From Dehalococcoidia bacterium (GTDB lineage: Bacteria; Chloroflexota; Dehalococcoidia; UBA6926): 64,000 bases of DNA. Under the pieces are notes generated by a model, which made no database searches, was not told the DNA's origin, and saw only the letters and a list, made by a program, of their open reading frames with translations. A program made the translations under genes and the position numbers. Location of the stretch: contig CBDBNN010000002.1 in the NCBI GenBank assembly GCA_965207895.1, forward strand, positions 92,498-156,497, written 5' to 3'. The stretch's first letter is position 1. Every line of letters begins with the position of its first letter. Positions 1 to 9,770 of the stretch are shown piece after piece.

Positions 1-1120
1 ATGCGGCGAGGGACATTCCCATCCCCCGCATCTGCTCATCCTGTTCCTGCAGAATGCGGTCAATCTCCAGCTCCACAACGATGGGCGGATACGTGACCGT
101 AGCGACCTCTGCGAACTTGTCGAGGACATTCTCCTCGTAGTCCGCGCGCGCCTGTGCGTTGATTCGCTCCGTCAGATCAGACTGAATCCGTTCCCTGAGG
201 GCTTCCACCGTCTCGAACTCATCGTCGCCGAAACCCTCGACCCCCTGCGCCCATTCATCATCAAGCTCAGGCAAATTCTGTTCCTTGACCTCACGGACCG
301 TGACCGTGAAATGAGCCTCTTTGCCGTTCAGATTGCGGACAGTGAAATCATCCGGCACGGAGATCGTGAACTCCTTGGTCTCCTCGGCATTCATGCCAAC
401 GAGTTGCTCCGGCACACCGGGCGCGGGATAGGTCACACCTTCCTGCACCATGTAACTGATACCTGTCTCTTCCACAAAGACGCGTCGGCCCGGCACCTCC
501 GACTCTCCCTCAGAATCATCGCCTTCATCGGATTCAGGCTCGGGATCGGCTTCGTCAGTCGCTTCCGTCTGCTCGTCGGATTCCGCGGCGTCCTCGGGAT
601 CCTCGTCCACGTATCCGCGCATGTCCACGGTCAACAGATCGCCAAGTTGGGCGGCCCGCTCCGCCGGCTCCCACGGCGAGCCCTGCCGACGCAGGTTGTT
701 CAGCACTTCCTCAACCTGCTCGTCCGCGACCTCCGGATCCTCCCAGTCGATGCGAATCGACCCGTAGTCACCGAGTTCTACCTCCGGGCGCAGAGAGACC
801 GTTGCGCGAAAGGTGATGGGGTCAAGCGATTCAATGTCCGTCACCTGTGGCTGCGCGATGGGCTCAAGCTCCTGCTGCAGCACGGCGTCCACTACAGACC
901 GCTCCAGGAGCCCCTCAATATCGTCCTGCATCAGCGTTTCCGTGCCGATATGCCGCTCAAGGATCGCGCGCGGCGTCTTGCCCTTCCGAAATCCCGGAAT
1001 CACGTAACGCTGCACAAGCCGGCGGTACGCCCGCTGCTTGTGATCCTCAATCTCCGGCTCTTCCAGCTCGATGAGCAGCCCAACCTGTCGGTCAGGCATA
1101 TCTTCAGTCGTTATCTTCAC
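1..1120 (-). CDS. tig: Trigger factor, 3' end runs off the window
   Basis: Manual minus-strand translation from GTG at 1120: MKITTEDMPDRQVGLLIELEEPEIEDHKQRAYRRLVQRYVIPGFRKGKTPR, with the GFRKGK ribosome-binding signature. It is absent from the ORF track because there is no stop in the window; ORF 311..1141(+) is its antisense shadow. Confidence 0.93.
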   Translation of the reverse strand, partial: MKITTEDMPDRQVGLLIELEEPEIEDHKQRAYRRLVQRYVIPGFRKGKTPRAILERHIGTETLMQDDIEGLLERSVVDAVLQQELEPIAQPQVTDIESLDPITFRATVSLRPEVELGDYGSIRIDWEDPEVADEQVEEVLNNLRRQGSPWEPAERAAQLGDLLTVDMRGYVDEDPEDAAESDEQTEATDEADPEPESDEGDDSEGESEVPGRRVFVEETGISYMVQEGVTYPAPGVPEQLVGMNAEETKEFTISVPDDFTVRNLNGKEAHFTVTVREVKEQNLPELDDEWAQGVEGFGDDEFETVEALRERIQSDLTERINAQARADYEENVLDKFAEVATVTYPPIVVELEIDRILQEQDEQMRGMGMSLAA

Positions 1121-1188
1121 GCGTGGAAACTCCGTCTTTAGATTGACTCGGAGGCAGGAACAACATTATACATCGGGGCGCCGAACAC

Positions 1189-3012
1189 TCAGTCAGAAGC
1201 CGCGATCTCCTGCGCAGCCTCTCGCAGCCGCAGATTGAGATCGATTAGCTGCTGCTCATCCACCGTTGACGGCGCGCTCATCATCAGGTCTTGCGCCGAC
1301 TGCGTCTTCGGGAACGGAATCACCTCACGGATATTCGGCTCCCCAGCTAACACCATCACCGTCCGGTCGATCCCCGGCGCGAACCCGCCATGCGGCGGTA
1401 CTCCGTACTCAAACGCCTCCAGCATGTGCCCGAACCGCTCCAGTATTTCATCCGGCGCATGCCCTAAGAGCGCGAATATCCTGTCCTGCAGTTCTCGATT
1501 ATGAATCCTGATTGAGCCTGATCCCAGCTCAATCCCGTTCACCACCAGGTCATACGCCCGTGAGCGCACAGCCGTCGGCGATTCCTCAAGCAGTCCGGCA
1601 TCCTCCGGCACGGGCGCTGTGAACGGGTGGTGCACTGAGAGCAGACTGCCCTCCTCGTCCCCCGCCTCGAACAGCGGGAACTCCGTCACAAACGCGAACG
1701 CGAGCTCATCCGGGTTCGCCAACTCCAGCCGTTCCCCCAGCGCCGTCCGCAGCGCGCTGAGCGATGCGCTCACCACATCCTCATGCGCCGCCACGATGAG
1801 CAGCAGATCACCCGTTGAAGCCCCCATCGCGTCCGCAATCGACCTCACCGTATCGATATCCAGATGCCGCGCCAACGCGGAGCGCACATTGTCGGCCTGC
1901 AGGTCAGAAATTGCTGTCCCCGACTCCGCGTCCAGCCCAATTGTCGCCAGCCCTCGCGCCCCCTGCCCGCGAACGATCTCCGTAAGATTCTCAAGCTCAC
2001 GGCGACTGTACCCCGCACACCCGGGCGCGACGATGCCGCGCACAGCGCCGCCAGACTCCGCAAGCGCGGACGTGAACACGCCCACGCCGCTGTCAGCGAC
2101 AATGATCGAAATATCCGTGATCTCCATCCCGAATCGCAGATCAGGCTTGTCCGAGCCGAAGCGCCGCATCGCTTCCGCATATGTCATACGTGGAAACGGC
2201 GAGGTCACACGCTTGTCCGGCGCAGTGGTTTGAGCAAGTCCTGTGTACAACTTTTCCATCAGGTCCAGCACGTCCGTCTCATCGACGAAGCTCATCTCCA
2301 GATCAAGTTGTGTGAACTCCGGCTGCCGATCCGCCCGTTGGTCTTCATCCCGGAAGCACCGCGCTATCTGGAAATATCGCTCCACCCCCGCCACCATTAA
2401 CAGCTGCTTCAACTGCTGCGGAGACTGCGGCAGCGCATAGAAATGGCCTGGGTGGACACGAGACGGCACAAGATAGTCCCGCGCGCCCTCCGGTGTGCTC
2501 TTCATCAGCATGGGCGTCTCGACTTCCAAAAAGCCGCGCCCATCAAGGAAATCGCGGATGTACTTCACGACGCGATGCCGCAACGCGAGATTCGCTGCCA
2601 TTCGTTCGCGCCGCAGATCGAGATACCGATACTGCAGCCGAAGTGATTCATCAACGTCCGAGTCCTCGTTGATATAGAAAGGCGGGGTTTTGGATGGATT
2701 CAGCACCGTCACGTCACTCACGTGGATCTCGATGCCTCCCGTCGCGATGCGCGGATTCTCCGTCCCCGCCGGACGAACTTGCACCTCACCTGTGATGGCC
2801 ACCACCCATTCATTCCGCAGAGCGTCCGCGGACTTGTACGCCGACTCCGCCGCCGACGGATCGACGACAACCTGCACCAGCCCGGTGCGGTCTCTTAGGT
2901 CAAGAAAAATCAACCCGCCGTGGTCGCGCCGGCGGTGAACCCACCCCGCCAAACGCACAACCTGCCCCGCCTCCCTAGGCGAAAGCTCTCCACAACTATG
3001 TGACTTCAACAT
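1189..3012 (-). CDS. aspS: Aspartate--tRNA ligase
   Basis: N-terminal OB fold (GWVHRRRDHGGLIFLDLRDRTG), motif 2 (FRDEDQRADRQPEFTQLD), GAD insert and motif 3 (PPHGGFAPGIDR). Confidence 0.97.
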   Translation of the reverse strand: MLKSHSCGELSPREAGQVVRLAGWVHRRRDHGGLIFLDLRDRTGLVQVVVDPSAAESAYKSADALRNEWVVAITGEVQVRPAGTENPRIATGGIEIHVSDVTVLNPSKTPPFYINEDSDVDESLRLQYRYLDLRRERMAANLALRHRVVKYIRDFLDGRGFLEVETPMLMKSTPEGARDYLVPSRVHPGHFYALPQSPQQLKQLLMVAGVERYFQIARCFRDEDQRADRQPEFTQLDLEMSFVDETDVLDLMEKLYTGLAQTTAPDKRVTSPFPRMTYAEAMRRFGSDKPDLRFGMEITDISIIVADSGVGVFTSALAESGGAVRGIVAPGCAGYSRRELENLTEIVRGQGARGLATIGLDAESGTAISDLQADNVRSALARHLDIDTVRSIADAMGASTGDLLLIVAAHEDVVSASLSALRTALGERLELANPDELAFAFVTEFPLFEAGDEEGSLLSVHHPFTAPVPEDAGLLEESPTAVRSRAYDLVVNGIELGSGSIRIHNRELQDRIFALLGHAPDEILERFGHMLEAFEYGVPPHGGFAPGIDRTVMVLAGEPNIREVIPFPKTQSAQDLMMSAPSTVDEQQLIDLNLRLREAAQEIAASD

Positions 3013-3170
3013 TGGATACGTAAATCAGGCGTTGCCAAAGTGGCATGTACGGCAGAACAAGCAGGGAAACTCCCGTCCCCTACACTCACCCACCAATCAT
3101 CATAGCACCCGCCGCCGGCCTACCCTGCGCGTAGTCGAAGGGAGCTCCCAAACGGGAAACTAACCTCCTC

Positions 3171-3261
3171 CATCATTCGGCGAAAGCATGTCCCGTGCTC
3201 CGACACGGGGCGGGAATCCAGAATCCCCTCCCCCTCGACGAGGAGGGCTAGGGTGTGGGTG
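3171..3261. repeat. Compound REP-like palindromic elements between higA and aspS
   Basis: CATCATTCGGCGAAAGC-(CCCGTG..CACGGG hairpin)-GGGAATCCAG followed by CCCCTCCCCCTCGACGAGGAGGGCTAGGGTGTGGGTG. These resemble CGTC-type REP and CCCTCTCCC-type repeats. Confidence 0.5.
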
Positions 3262-3264
3262 ATC

Positions 3265-3555
3265 CTACCGTCCAGCTACTGTCGGCAACTCCCGCACCTT
3301 CTCTCCTGTATGTTGTTCGGCAAGAGCCAGATCATACTGCGACTGTAGATTGAGCCAGAACTGCGGCTCCACACCAAACCAATGTCCGAATCGCAAGGCG
3401 GTGTCGCCGGTAATTGAACGCTTGCCCGCAATGATCTGGCTGACCCGATTCGGCGGCACGTCGATTTCCCGCGCAAACGCCGTCGGCGTAATCCCAATCT
3501 CCGCTAACTCCTCCTTCAGAATGCCACCCGGATGAACAACACGCCTAAACGTCAC
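3265..3555 (-). CDS. higA: HigA family addiction-module antitoxin (HTH XRE)
   Basis: VHPGGILKEEL...RVSQIIAGKRSITGDTALRFGHWFG..PQFWLNLQ is the typical HigA pattern; lies downstream of the toxin gene. Confidence 0.92.
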   Translation of the reverse strand: MTFRRVVHPGGILKEELAEIGITPTAFAREIDVPPNRVSQIIAGKRSITGDTALRFGHWFGVEPQFWLNLQSQYDLALAEQHTGEKVRELPTVAGR

Positions 3556-3570
3556 GGTTCCCTCCTTTCA

Positions 3571-3852
3571 CTAGTGATAATCCACAATCTCTACGTCAGT
3601 CGGCCCCGGTCCCTCAGGCCAGGAAAAGCAGATACGCCACTGGCGATTGATTCGGATCGAATACTGCCCCGCTCGGTCCCCTCGCAAGGCCTCCAACCGA
3701 TTTCCTGGCAACGCAGCCAACGTCCGCAATGACGGTGCCGCATTCAGAATCGCTAACCGCCTTTCCGCTTGCATCTCTATCGCCTGGAACTCTCGTACAA
3801 ACTCTCCGGCGGCAAAGCGTTCTGTTCGGCGGTCCCGATAACTCAGAATCAT
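3571..3852 (-). CDS. higB: HigB family toxin (RelE/ParE superfamily)
   Basis: MILSYRDRRTERF...PGNRLEALRGDRAGQYSIRINRQWRICF...VEIVDYH; toxin-first gene order. Confidence 0.92.
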   Translation of the reverse strand: MILSYRDRRTERFAAGEFVREFQAIEMQAERRLAILNAAPSLRTLAALPGNRLEALRGDRAGQYSIRINRQWRICFSWPEGPGPTDVEIVDYH

Positions 3853-3860
3853 GCTCAATC

Positions 3861-3889
3861 AGCCTATCGGGATATACGCTGTACGTCAA
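3861..3889 (-). promoter_or_regulatory. Sigma70-type promoter of higBA
   Basis: TTGACG (3889-3884)-N17-TAGGCT (3866-3861); ATG at 3852, so near-leaderless. Confidence 0.55.
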
Positions 3890-3940
3890 GCGTCATTCCC
3901 ACGAAGTTAAGCCGTAGCGCAGCTACTCCCAAAAACCATC

Positions 3941-3969
3941 GCGGGGCGGCCTTGCAAGGGCCGCCCCGC
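3941..3969. terminator. Intrinsic terminator downstream of the sigma factor gene (possibly bidirectional)
   Basis: GCGGGGCGGCC-N7-GGCCGCCCCGC, with an A-run on the left and a T-run on the right. Confidence 0.75.
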
Positions 3970-3994
3970 TTTTCTTGGCAATCAATCGTGGACG

Positions 3995-5098
3995 CTAATC
4001 CTCGATGTAGCTCTCCAGCTGTTGTCGATTGCGCTGCAGCCGCAGGTTCTTCATCGCGCCGGCCTGGATCTGCCGCACACGCTCCCGCGTCAGGCTCAGC
4101 ATGTCGCCAATCTCACGCAGCGTGTACTCCTTGCCGTCCATGATGCCGAACCGCAGCTCCAGCACCAGGCGCTCACGCGGCGACAGCGACGCAAGAACCG
4201 CCGCCATGCGCTCACGCAGCATTGTCTGCGCCGCCAAATCGATGGGCGACTCCGCCTCGTCCTGCGCCACAAAGTCCGCCAGCGTCGCGCCGTCCTCGCC
4301 GACGGGCGCGTCGATGGACGCGGGCTGCTGGGACAGGGAGATCAACTGCTCCACCTTCTCCAGCGGAATCTCCGTCTCTTTGGCCAGCTCCTCCGGCGTG
4401 GCCTCACGCCCGAACTGCTGGAGCAGGCGATGCCGCGCACGGTCCACCTTCGCGGACAACTCGCCCACGTGCACCGGCAGGCGGATGCTGCTCCCCTGCT
4501 CAGACACGCCCCGGGCGATGGCTTGGCGGATCCACCACGTGGCGTACGTCGAGAACCGGAACCCGCGACGATGGTCGAACCGGTCCACCGCCTTGAGCAG
4601 ACCGATGTTGCCCTCCTGGATCAGATCAAACAGGGACAGACCCCTGCCCTGATACCGTTTGGCGATGCTGACCACAAGGCGGAGGTTCGCCTCCGTCATG
4701 GACTTGCGGGCATCCTCGCCCGCCTTGACCGTCCTCAGCAGATCACGCCGCTCTGCGCCGCTCATCGTGTCAGCGCCGGCAAGACGCATGGACGCGCGGC
4801 GTCCCTCATCCATCAGGATGCCGAGATCTGTCTCTTGCTGAGGCGTCAACAGCTTGCGGCGGCCGATGTCCTGCAGATAGCCCCGCAGAGGATCGTTCAG
4901 GTTCTCCGTGGAGCCGCTGTCGAACTCATCAACCTCTGCCGCACCCGCAGAAGTCCTCACCTCATCCTGCGCATCGTCGAGGTCGAGGACATCCACGGAG
5001 GTCTCGTTCACCTCCACAGGGACATCTGCCGAACCCGGCGCGCGCCGGGCCTCGTCCTCCGCGATCACGGCTCTGGCCTCGTCCGTTATCGCCTTCAT
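3995..5098 (-). CDS. RpoD/SigA-family sigma-70 factor with no recognisable region 1.1
   Basis: Region 1.2 [11 protein letters not shown], region 2 [36 protein letters not shown], region 4 [15 protein letters not shown]; SD GGAGGT upstream. Confidence 0.93.
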   Translation of the reverse strand: MKAITDEARAVIAEDEARRAPGSADVPVEVNETSVDVLDLDDAQDEVRTSAGAAEVDEFDSGSTENLNDPLRGYLQDIGRRKLLTPQQETDLGILMDEGRRASMRLAGADTMSGAERRDLLRTVKAGEDARKSMTEANLRLVVSIAKRYQGRGLSLFDLIQEGNIGLLKAVDRFDHRRGFRFSTYATWWIRQAIARGVSEQGSSIRLPVHVGELSAKVDRARHRLLQQFGREATPEELAKETEIPLEKVEQLISLSQQPASIDAPVGEDGATLADFVAQDEAESPIDLAAQTMLRERMAAVLASLSPRERLVLELRFGIMDGKEYTLREIGDMLSLTRERVRQIQAGAMKNLRLQRNRQQLESYIED

Positions 5099-5187
5099 CT
5101 GCGCACCTCCTTGTGTTGGTTTCGACCGATTACGCGCCTGTCAAAACCAGACACCCCCTCCCGGTTTCCCCAAAGGGATTGGCTAAC

Positions 5188-5215
5188 AGCATAGACCTGC
5201 TGGCACGCTTGTCAA
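5188..5215 (-). promoter_or_regulatory. Sigma70-type promoter for the sigma factor gene
   Basis: TTGACA (5215-5210)-N16-TATGCT (5193-5188). Confidence 0.5.
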
Positions 5216-5420
5216 TCTCTCGGTATCCGATGGTGCTTATGTCTCTCATAACTTCTTGCTGCCGTTCGTACACTTAATGTCCTTACTTGCTGTAACGCTT
5301 TTGGCGCCCAGCAGGAAAGCAGTCAGCCACTCGGAACGAGCGCCCGGACTGGTATGCGACAATTGTCCTTGCATGCATGGCATGCCGCGGAACTGAACAG
5401 GTATACGGAGCAGTTCACCC

Positions 5421-6557
5421 ATGCAGGACATCCCTCGCCCATTGGAAATACTGGAGACGCTCTGCAAGCAGCCCGCCACGTCATACTTCGAGGACAACGT
5501 CTCTCGCGAAGTCGAGCGTATGCTCGCGGACGCCGCAATCCCCTGGGAGCAGGACGAGTACGGCAACATCATCGCCCGGCTGACACGACGCGACGATTCG
5601 GAACCCATGCCGCGCCCCGTCGCCCTTGTCGCCCACATGGACCACCCGGGCTTCGAGGTGCTCGAGGTCAACGGCCAACGGCTGACCTTGCAGATGCTCG
5701 GCCGTGTCTCAGATGTCATCTACGAACAACAGGTGGATCTTGTCGTCCACTGTAACGACGGCTCATCATGTGCCGCCCGGACAACGGGCCAGGACGGCGA
5801 TATGGAGACGCGGATCCTCTACGCCGACTTGGCGGAACAGAACGAGCTGCCTTTGCCTGCTTTTGCGGTCTTTGACCTGGTAGATTGTGAATTTCGTAAC
5901 AATACCGTTTTTGCGCGTGCCCTCGACGATCTCGCCGGTTGCGCCGCCACGTTGAGCGTTATGGAAACTCTCGTCGCGGAAAATGAACCGGTCGACGTAA
6001 TCGGCGTATTCACACGTGCAGAGGAGAACGGCCTCATTGGAGCGCGCCTGCTCGCCGCCAATGCCTCTCTCCCAAAGGAAACGCTCGTCGTGTCCATAGA
6101 ATCGTCCAGAACGCTCCCCGGCGCAGAACAGGGCAAAGGCCCCGTCATCCGCGTCGGCGACGCGCTTTCCACTTTTTCACAATCCGCAGAAGAAATCCTC
6201 CAAACTGCGCGAGTGGCTCTTCAACGCAGAGAGCCACCGATTCCGGTTCAACGGCAACTCATGTCTGGCGGTGTCTGCGAAGCATCAGCTTTTATCGCGC
6301 ACGGCTATGAGTCCACGGGCGTCGCGTTCCCACTGGCCCATTATCACAACGGATTCGGCGAAGATTCCATTCAAGCCGAAAACATCGCCATCAGCGATTT
6401 TCTTGGAGGCGTAGCACTCCTGCTGGAAGCTACGCGTTCCATGCGCACCTCACAGCAGCAGGCATCCGGCGGTGCTCAATCGCTCTATGAGCGACTCCGC
6501 GCCGCGCCGGAAGAAGAAGGAAACAGGCTTCGTTCGATCGCCAAAAGAGCCGGATGA
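5421..6557 (+). CDS. M42/M28-like metallopeptidase (MH clan)
   Basis: Metal-ligand motifs VAHMDH, RALDD, FTRAEE, SIE, and a C-terminal HYH. Confidence 0.8.
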   Translation: MQDIPRPLEILETLCKQPATSYFEDNVSREVERMLADAAIPWEQDEYGNIIARLTRRDDSEPMPRPVALVAHMDHPGFEVLEVNGQRLTLQMLGRVSDVIYEQQVDLVVHCNDGSSCAARTTGQDGDMETRILYADLAEQNELPLPAFAVFDLVDCEFRNNTVFARALDDLAGCAATLSVMETLVAENEPVDVIGVFTRAEENGLIGARLLAANASLPKETLVVSIESSRTLPGAEQGKGPVIRVGDALSTFSQSAEEILQTARVALQRREPPIPVQRQLMSGGVCEASAFIAHGYESTGVAFPLAHYHNGFGEDSIQAENIAISDFLGGVALLLEATRSMRTSQQQASGGAQSLYERLRAAPEEEGNRLRSIAKRAG

Positions 6558-6641
6558 TAAGCAGCCTACGGGTGCGACCTTGTCGCAATCATACGTAGCA
6601 CATTACGCTTTCATACACTACGCTAGTGGCGGGAACCAAGC

Positions 6642-7682
6642 ATGCTAAGGCAAGTCTGGCTTTACGGGCGAATCCTCATTGGCGTAGCCCTTGGAGTAGG
6701 GGTTGCCTACATTATTGTCCGTGAAGTTCATTTCGACGAGTTACTGGAACAACTCTCCGCGTTCAATTGGTACCTGATGATTCCCGTTATGGGCGTCGTC
6801 GTTGCGAGCAATGCCATTCGGGCGGTCAGGTGGAGAATGCTCTTCCATGGCCGGGCGCCAACCGCCACGCTGTTGTTTTTTGTAGAGAACACCGGCCAGG
6901 GTCTAAACAATCTCGCCCCCATTCGCGTCGTCGCAGAACCCATTCAATTCGGGTACATCGCGCTGAGGGAGGGATATGAAAGGGGGTCCGTACTCGCATC
7001 GATAGTGTTGGGTCGCGTGTCGGACCTCGCAATCACACTCGGAAGCCTTGCAGTCGGTTTCGCGATATTCGCGCCGGGAGGCGCAGGATACCTTAGCGTA
7101 ATCATTTTTGTGCTGATCGGAATCCTTGTCGCTGTCGCGGTACTGTCGTTATATACGCACAAGATCACGTGGTTTGACCGATTCCCGATTGTGCGTACGT
7201 ATTCGGCAGCGTGGCAGGAGCTCATTGCTCAGCCGCGGAAACTGGCCTCAGTGATGGGTGTAACACTCGCAACGTGGATGACACTCGGACTGGCAGCCTA
7301 TCTGGTGGGACTGTCAAACGAGCTCGAGCCGAACAATTCACAGAACCCTATTGAAGTCTACGTCATCATCTATGTCGTGGTGCTGGGCACGATGACGTTG
7401 GGGTCAATCTTGCCGGGCTTACCCTCCGGCATCGGCCCGTTTGAGGCAGCCGCAGTTGCTTTCCTGGGATTCTACGGTGTAGACAAAGAAGTCGCGCTGG
7501 CTTTTGGCCTCATCATCCACGCTGCCTTCTTCATCCCGCCGATTATCATCGCCATTGGCACCCTGATCATGTTTGGTCCTCCATGGTCGACGCGGCATCG
7601 CGTGCGGCGTCTCCGCCGCGAGCGGCGCGAAGCTCGAACAGCTTCCGCAACCAGAAAGGTAGCGCAAGAAGGAGACCTATAA
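6642..7682 (+). CDS. Lysylphosphatidylglycerol synthase TM-region / flippase-like membrane protein (UPF0104)
   Basis: Multi-TM; RAVRWRMLF, NNLAPIRVVAE, LPGLPSGIGPFEA motifs typical of the family. Confidence 0.8.
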   Translation: MLRQVWLYGRILIGVALGVGVAYIIVREVHFDELLEQLSAFNWYLMIPVMGVVVASNAIRAVRWRMLFHGRAPTATLLFFVENTGQGLNNLAPIRVVAEPIQFGYIALREGYERGSVLASIVLGRVSDLAITLGSLAVGFAIFAPGGAGYLSVIIFVLIGILVAVAVLSLYTHKITWFDRFPIVRTYSAAWQELIAQPRKLASVMGVTLATWMTLGLAAYLVGLSNELEPNNSQNPIEVYVIIYVVVLGTMTLGSILPGLPSGIGPFEAAAVAFLGFYGVDKEVALAFGLIIHAAFFIPPIIIAIGTLIMFGPPWSTRHRVRRLRRERREARTASATRKVAQEGDL

Positions 7683-8235
7683 GCACCCCTCCGTACAGAT
7701 ACCCGGCATCATCCATCGCTATCAGCTCAGGCATCTGAACGTCCGTGAAAACTGACACCGTGGTTATGCCGAATGCAATGGCGATTGTCAGGCCGCCCGT
7801 CCATCCCATGTTCTTTGTCAGGAGCAGCATCGGGAAACCAACAAATCCGGCCACGACAGTCGGCCCAAGCATCATTCCGGCAACCCCGCCAAAAGCAGAC
7901 GCCAGTCCTGCACCGCCTCTGAACTTCAAATAGACGGAATATTGGTGGCCCCATAGAGCGCCGGCCGCGGCAATCACCGATCCCGTGGGACCAAGATCAA
8001 AGACGCGGTCGGCAATCAGGACTGGCAAGAGTCCTTTGAGTATGTCAACGACAGCAACGAAGACTCCTACGCGGGGATCAATCTCCCTGAACACATTGGC
8101 CGCCCCGGCATTCCCGGTTCCGAGCTCACGCACATCAACGCCGGCGACGAGCCGCGACATGATAACTGCCGTTGGAAGGGAGCCAACCAAATAAGCTCCC
8201 AAAAGGACGCCTGCCAGTCCAATCACCTCAACCAT
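7567..8235 (-). CDS. plsY: Glycerol-3-phosphate acyltransferase PlsY
   Basis: AYLVGSLP, DVRELGTGNAGAANVFR, DILKG, GHQYSVYLKFRGGAG motifs. Confidence 0.88.
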   Translation of the reverse strand: MVEVIGLAGVLLGAYLVGSLPTAVIMSRLVAGVDVRELGTGNAGAANVFREIDPRVGVFVAVVDILKGLLPVLIADRVFDLGPTGSVIAAAGALWGHQYSVYLKFRGGAGLASAFGGVAGMMLGPTVVAGFVGFPMLLLTKNMGWTGGLTIAIAFGITTVSVFTDVQMPELIAMDDAGYLYGGVLIGLLLALPFWLRKLFELRAARGGDAARDAASTMEDQT

Positions 8236-8319
8236 CGTTGTCTATTCCTCCAAGAATGTCAGTTGAACGTGCTTTGTTCGTTTGAAACAGACCGACCTTA
8301 AGAGTAGCGCACGATCCTG

Positions 8320-9723
8320 TTGGACGAATGGAGTAGAATCGCTATTGGAAGTGACGTAGGCTCGAACACCAATCCAGCACGGCAGCTCCGCCCTGCCGCC
8401 GAACCAGAAGCGGGCAGGTTGAGGCCAGGATCATTCGGGAATCGGGGCGAAGAATTGGGCAACAGCCTCTTGGGATCGGTTGGTCTGCGGCTGGCCATTG
8501 CCATTGTGACGCTGGCAGCCGGTGTTTACCTCATTCAGGGCATAACCAACCTGTTCAGCGTGCTCTTTGATGTCCTGATTCTCATATTCCTCGCATGGAT
8601 ACTGTCTGCCGCTGTGCGCCGCCTGGCGAATTTTGTTGAGGTCTACGTTCCGCGTCCGACGTGGGCAGCGGTCCCAATTGCGTACCTCTTGATATTGCTC
8701 CCCGTTGTCTCACTGATCGGACTCCTGGTTCCGCTTACCATATCCCAGACTGTCACCCTTTCCGAAGACCTGCCTGAATTTGCCGTCAGGCTTTCGAGTT
8801 TCACATCGTCAATCAATGAGTTCTTTAATTCGCTCCAAGTGGCAGGAGGCGGCGAAGAAACCGCCGCCACTGACCCTCTACTTGCCTTTAGCTCCACTGC
8901 GAGCGTATGGGTACAGGACAACGCGCTGGGAATCGTAGGCAGTACAACCAACATCGCTATTCAGACCATCTTCTGCATCTCATTGTCGTTCTATATGACC
9001 ATTGAGCGGGAGCAATTCCGAGCCTTGTTCTACAGGCTCCTGCCGGTGGAATACCACGAACGCGCTTCCGTGGTTCTAGCCCATCTCGACAGAACGTTCT
9101 TCTCGTACCTGAAAGGGATATCCATCGTTGTCGTGCTGTACTCCGTGGTTATCACGACGACCATGTTGGCTGCGGGATTACCCTTTGCGCTGCCGATTGG
9201 AATCACAGCGGGCCTCATTCAACTGATCCCAATCATCGGCGAAGTCGCCGCCATCGGCATTCCAATCACAATCGCATTGCTGACGGGATCGGTTACGACG
9301 GCAATCATGGTGGCAGTTGCCCTGATTTCGTGGAGCCTCTTCATGAACAATTTTGTTCTTCCACGTGTGTATGGCAGGGCTGTGCGAATGCCCGGCTTTT
9401 TTGTGCTGCTGGCAGTAGTGATAGGAATGCGATTCGCAGGCCCGTGGGGAGCCATGCTCGGAGTTCCCGTGGCCGGCTTCATCTACTCCCTGATCTTCGC
9501 GTGGGGAGAATTGAGACAAAACCACGACGCCGAAGCAGGCGAGTCCTCGGGAATGGAGGGGATGACAACTAACGAACAAACCGCTTCCGACGACGAGGTA
9601 GTCGAACCGTCAGGCGCGGCCGCTGGAATAGGAAACGACCCCGTCAGTACGAACGGTAATGAAACGAGGCTGCGAACACCAGAGCGGATCTTGGCCACCA
9701 TCCGCAGCATGATTTCCCGCTAG
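8320..9723 (+). CDS. AI-2E family transporter (start may lie further downstream)
   Basis: Multi-TM; LIPIIG and NNFVLPRVYGRAVRMPG..G..FAGPWGAMLGVP C-terminal signature. Confidence 0.85.
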   Translation: MDEWSRIAIGSDVGSNTNPARQLRPAAEPEAGRLRPGSFGNRGEELGNSLLGSVGLRLAIAIVTLAAGVYLIQGITNLFSVLFDVLILIFLAWILSAAVRRLANFVEVYVPRPTWAAVPIAYLLILLPVVSLIGLLVPLTISQTVTLSEDLPEFAVRLSSFTSSINEFFNSLQVAGGGEETAATDPLLAFSSTASVWVQDNALGIVGSTTNIAIQTIFCISLSFYMTIEREQFRALFYRLLPVEYHERASVVLAHLDRTFFSYLKGISIVVVLYSVVITTTMLAAGLPFALPIGITAGLIQLIPIIGEVAAIGIPITIALLTGSVTTAIMVAVALISWSLFMNNFVLPRVYGRAVRMPGFFVLLAVVIGMRFAGPWGAMLGVPVAGFIYSLIFAWGELRQNHDAEAGESSGMEGMTTNEQTASDDEVVEPSGAAAGIGNDPVSTNGNETRLRTPERILATIRSMISR

Positions 9724-9770
9724 CCCTTCAACGTTTGTCCCATGTTTGCATGGGGATAAAGTCTGTTCGC

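Noticed and set aside
311-1141. 276-aa plus-strand ORF
   Set aside because: Antisense shadow of tig; no recognisable motif.
4022-5194. 390-aa plus-strand ORF opposite the sigma factor
   Set aside because: Typical high-GC antisense shadow frame.
5246-5719. 157-aa minus-strand ORF
   Set aside because: Overlaps the peptidase start antisense and has no coding signature.
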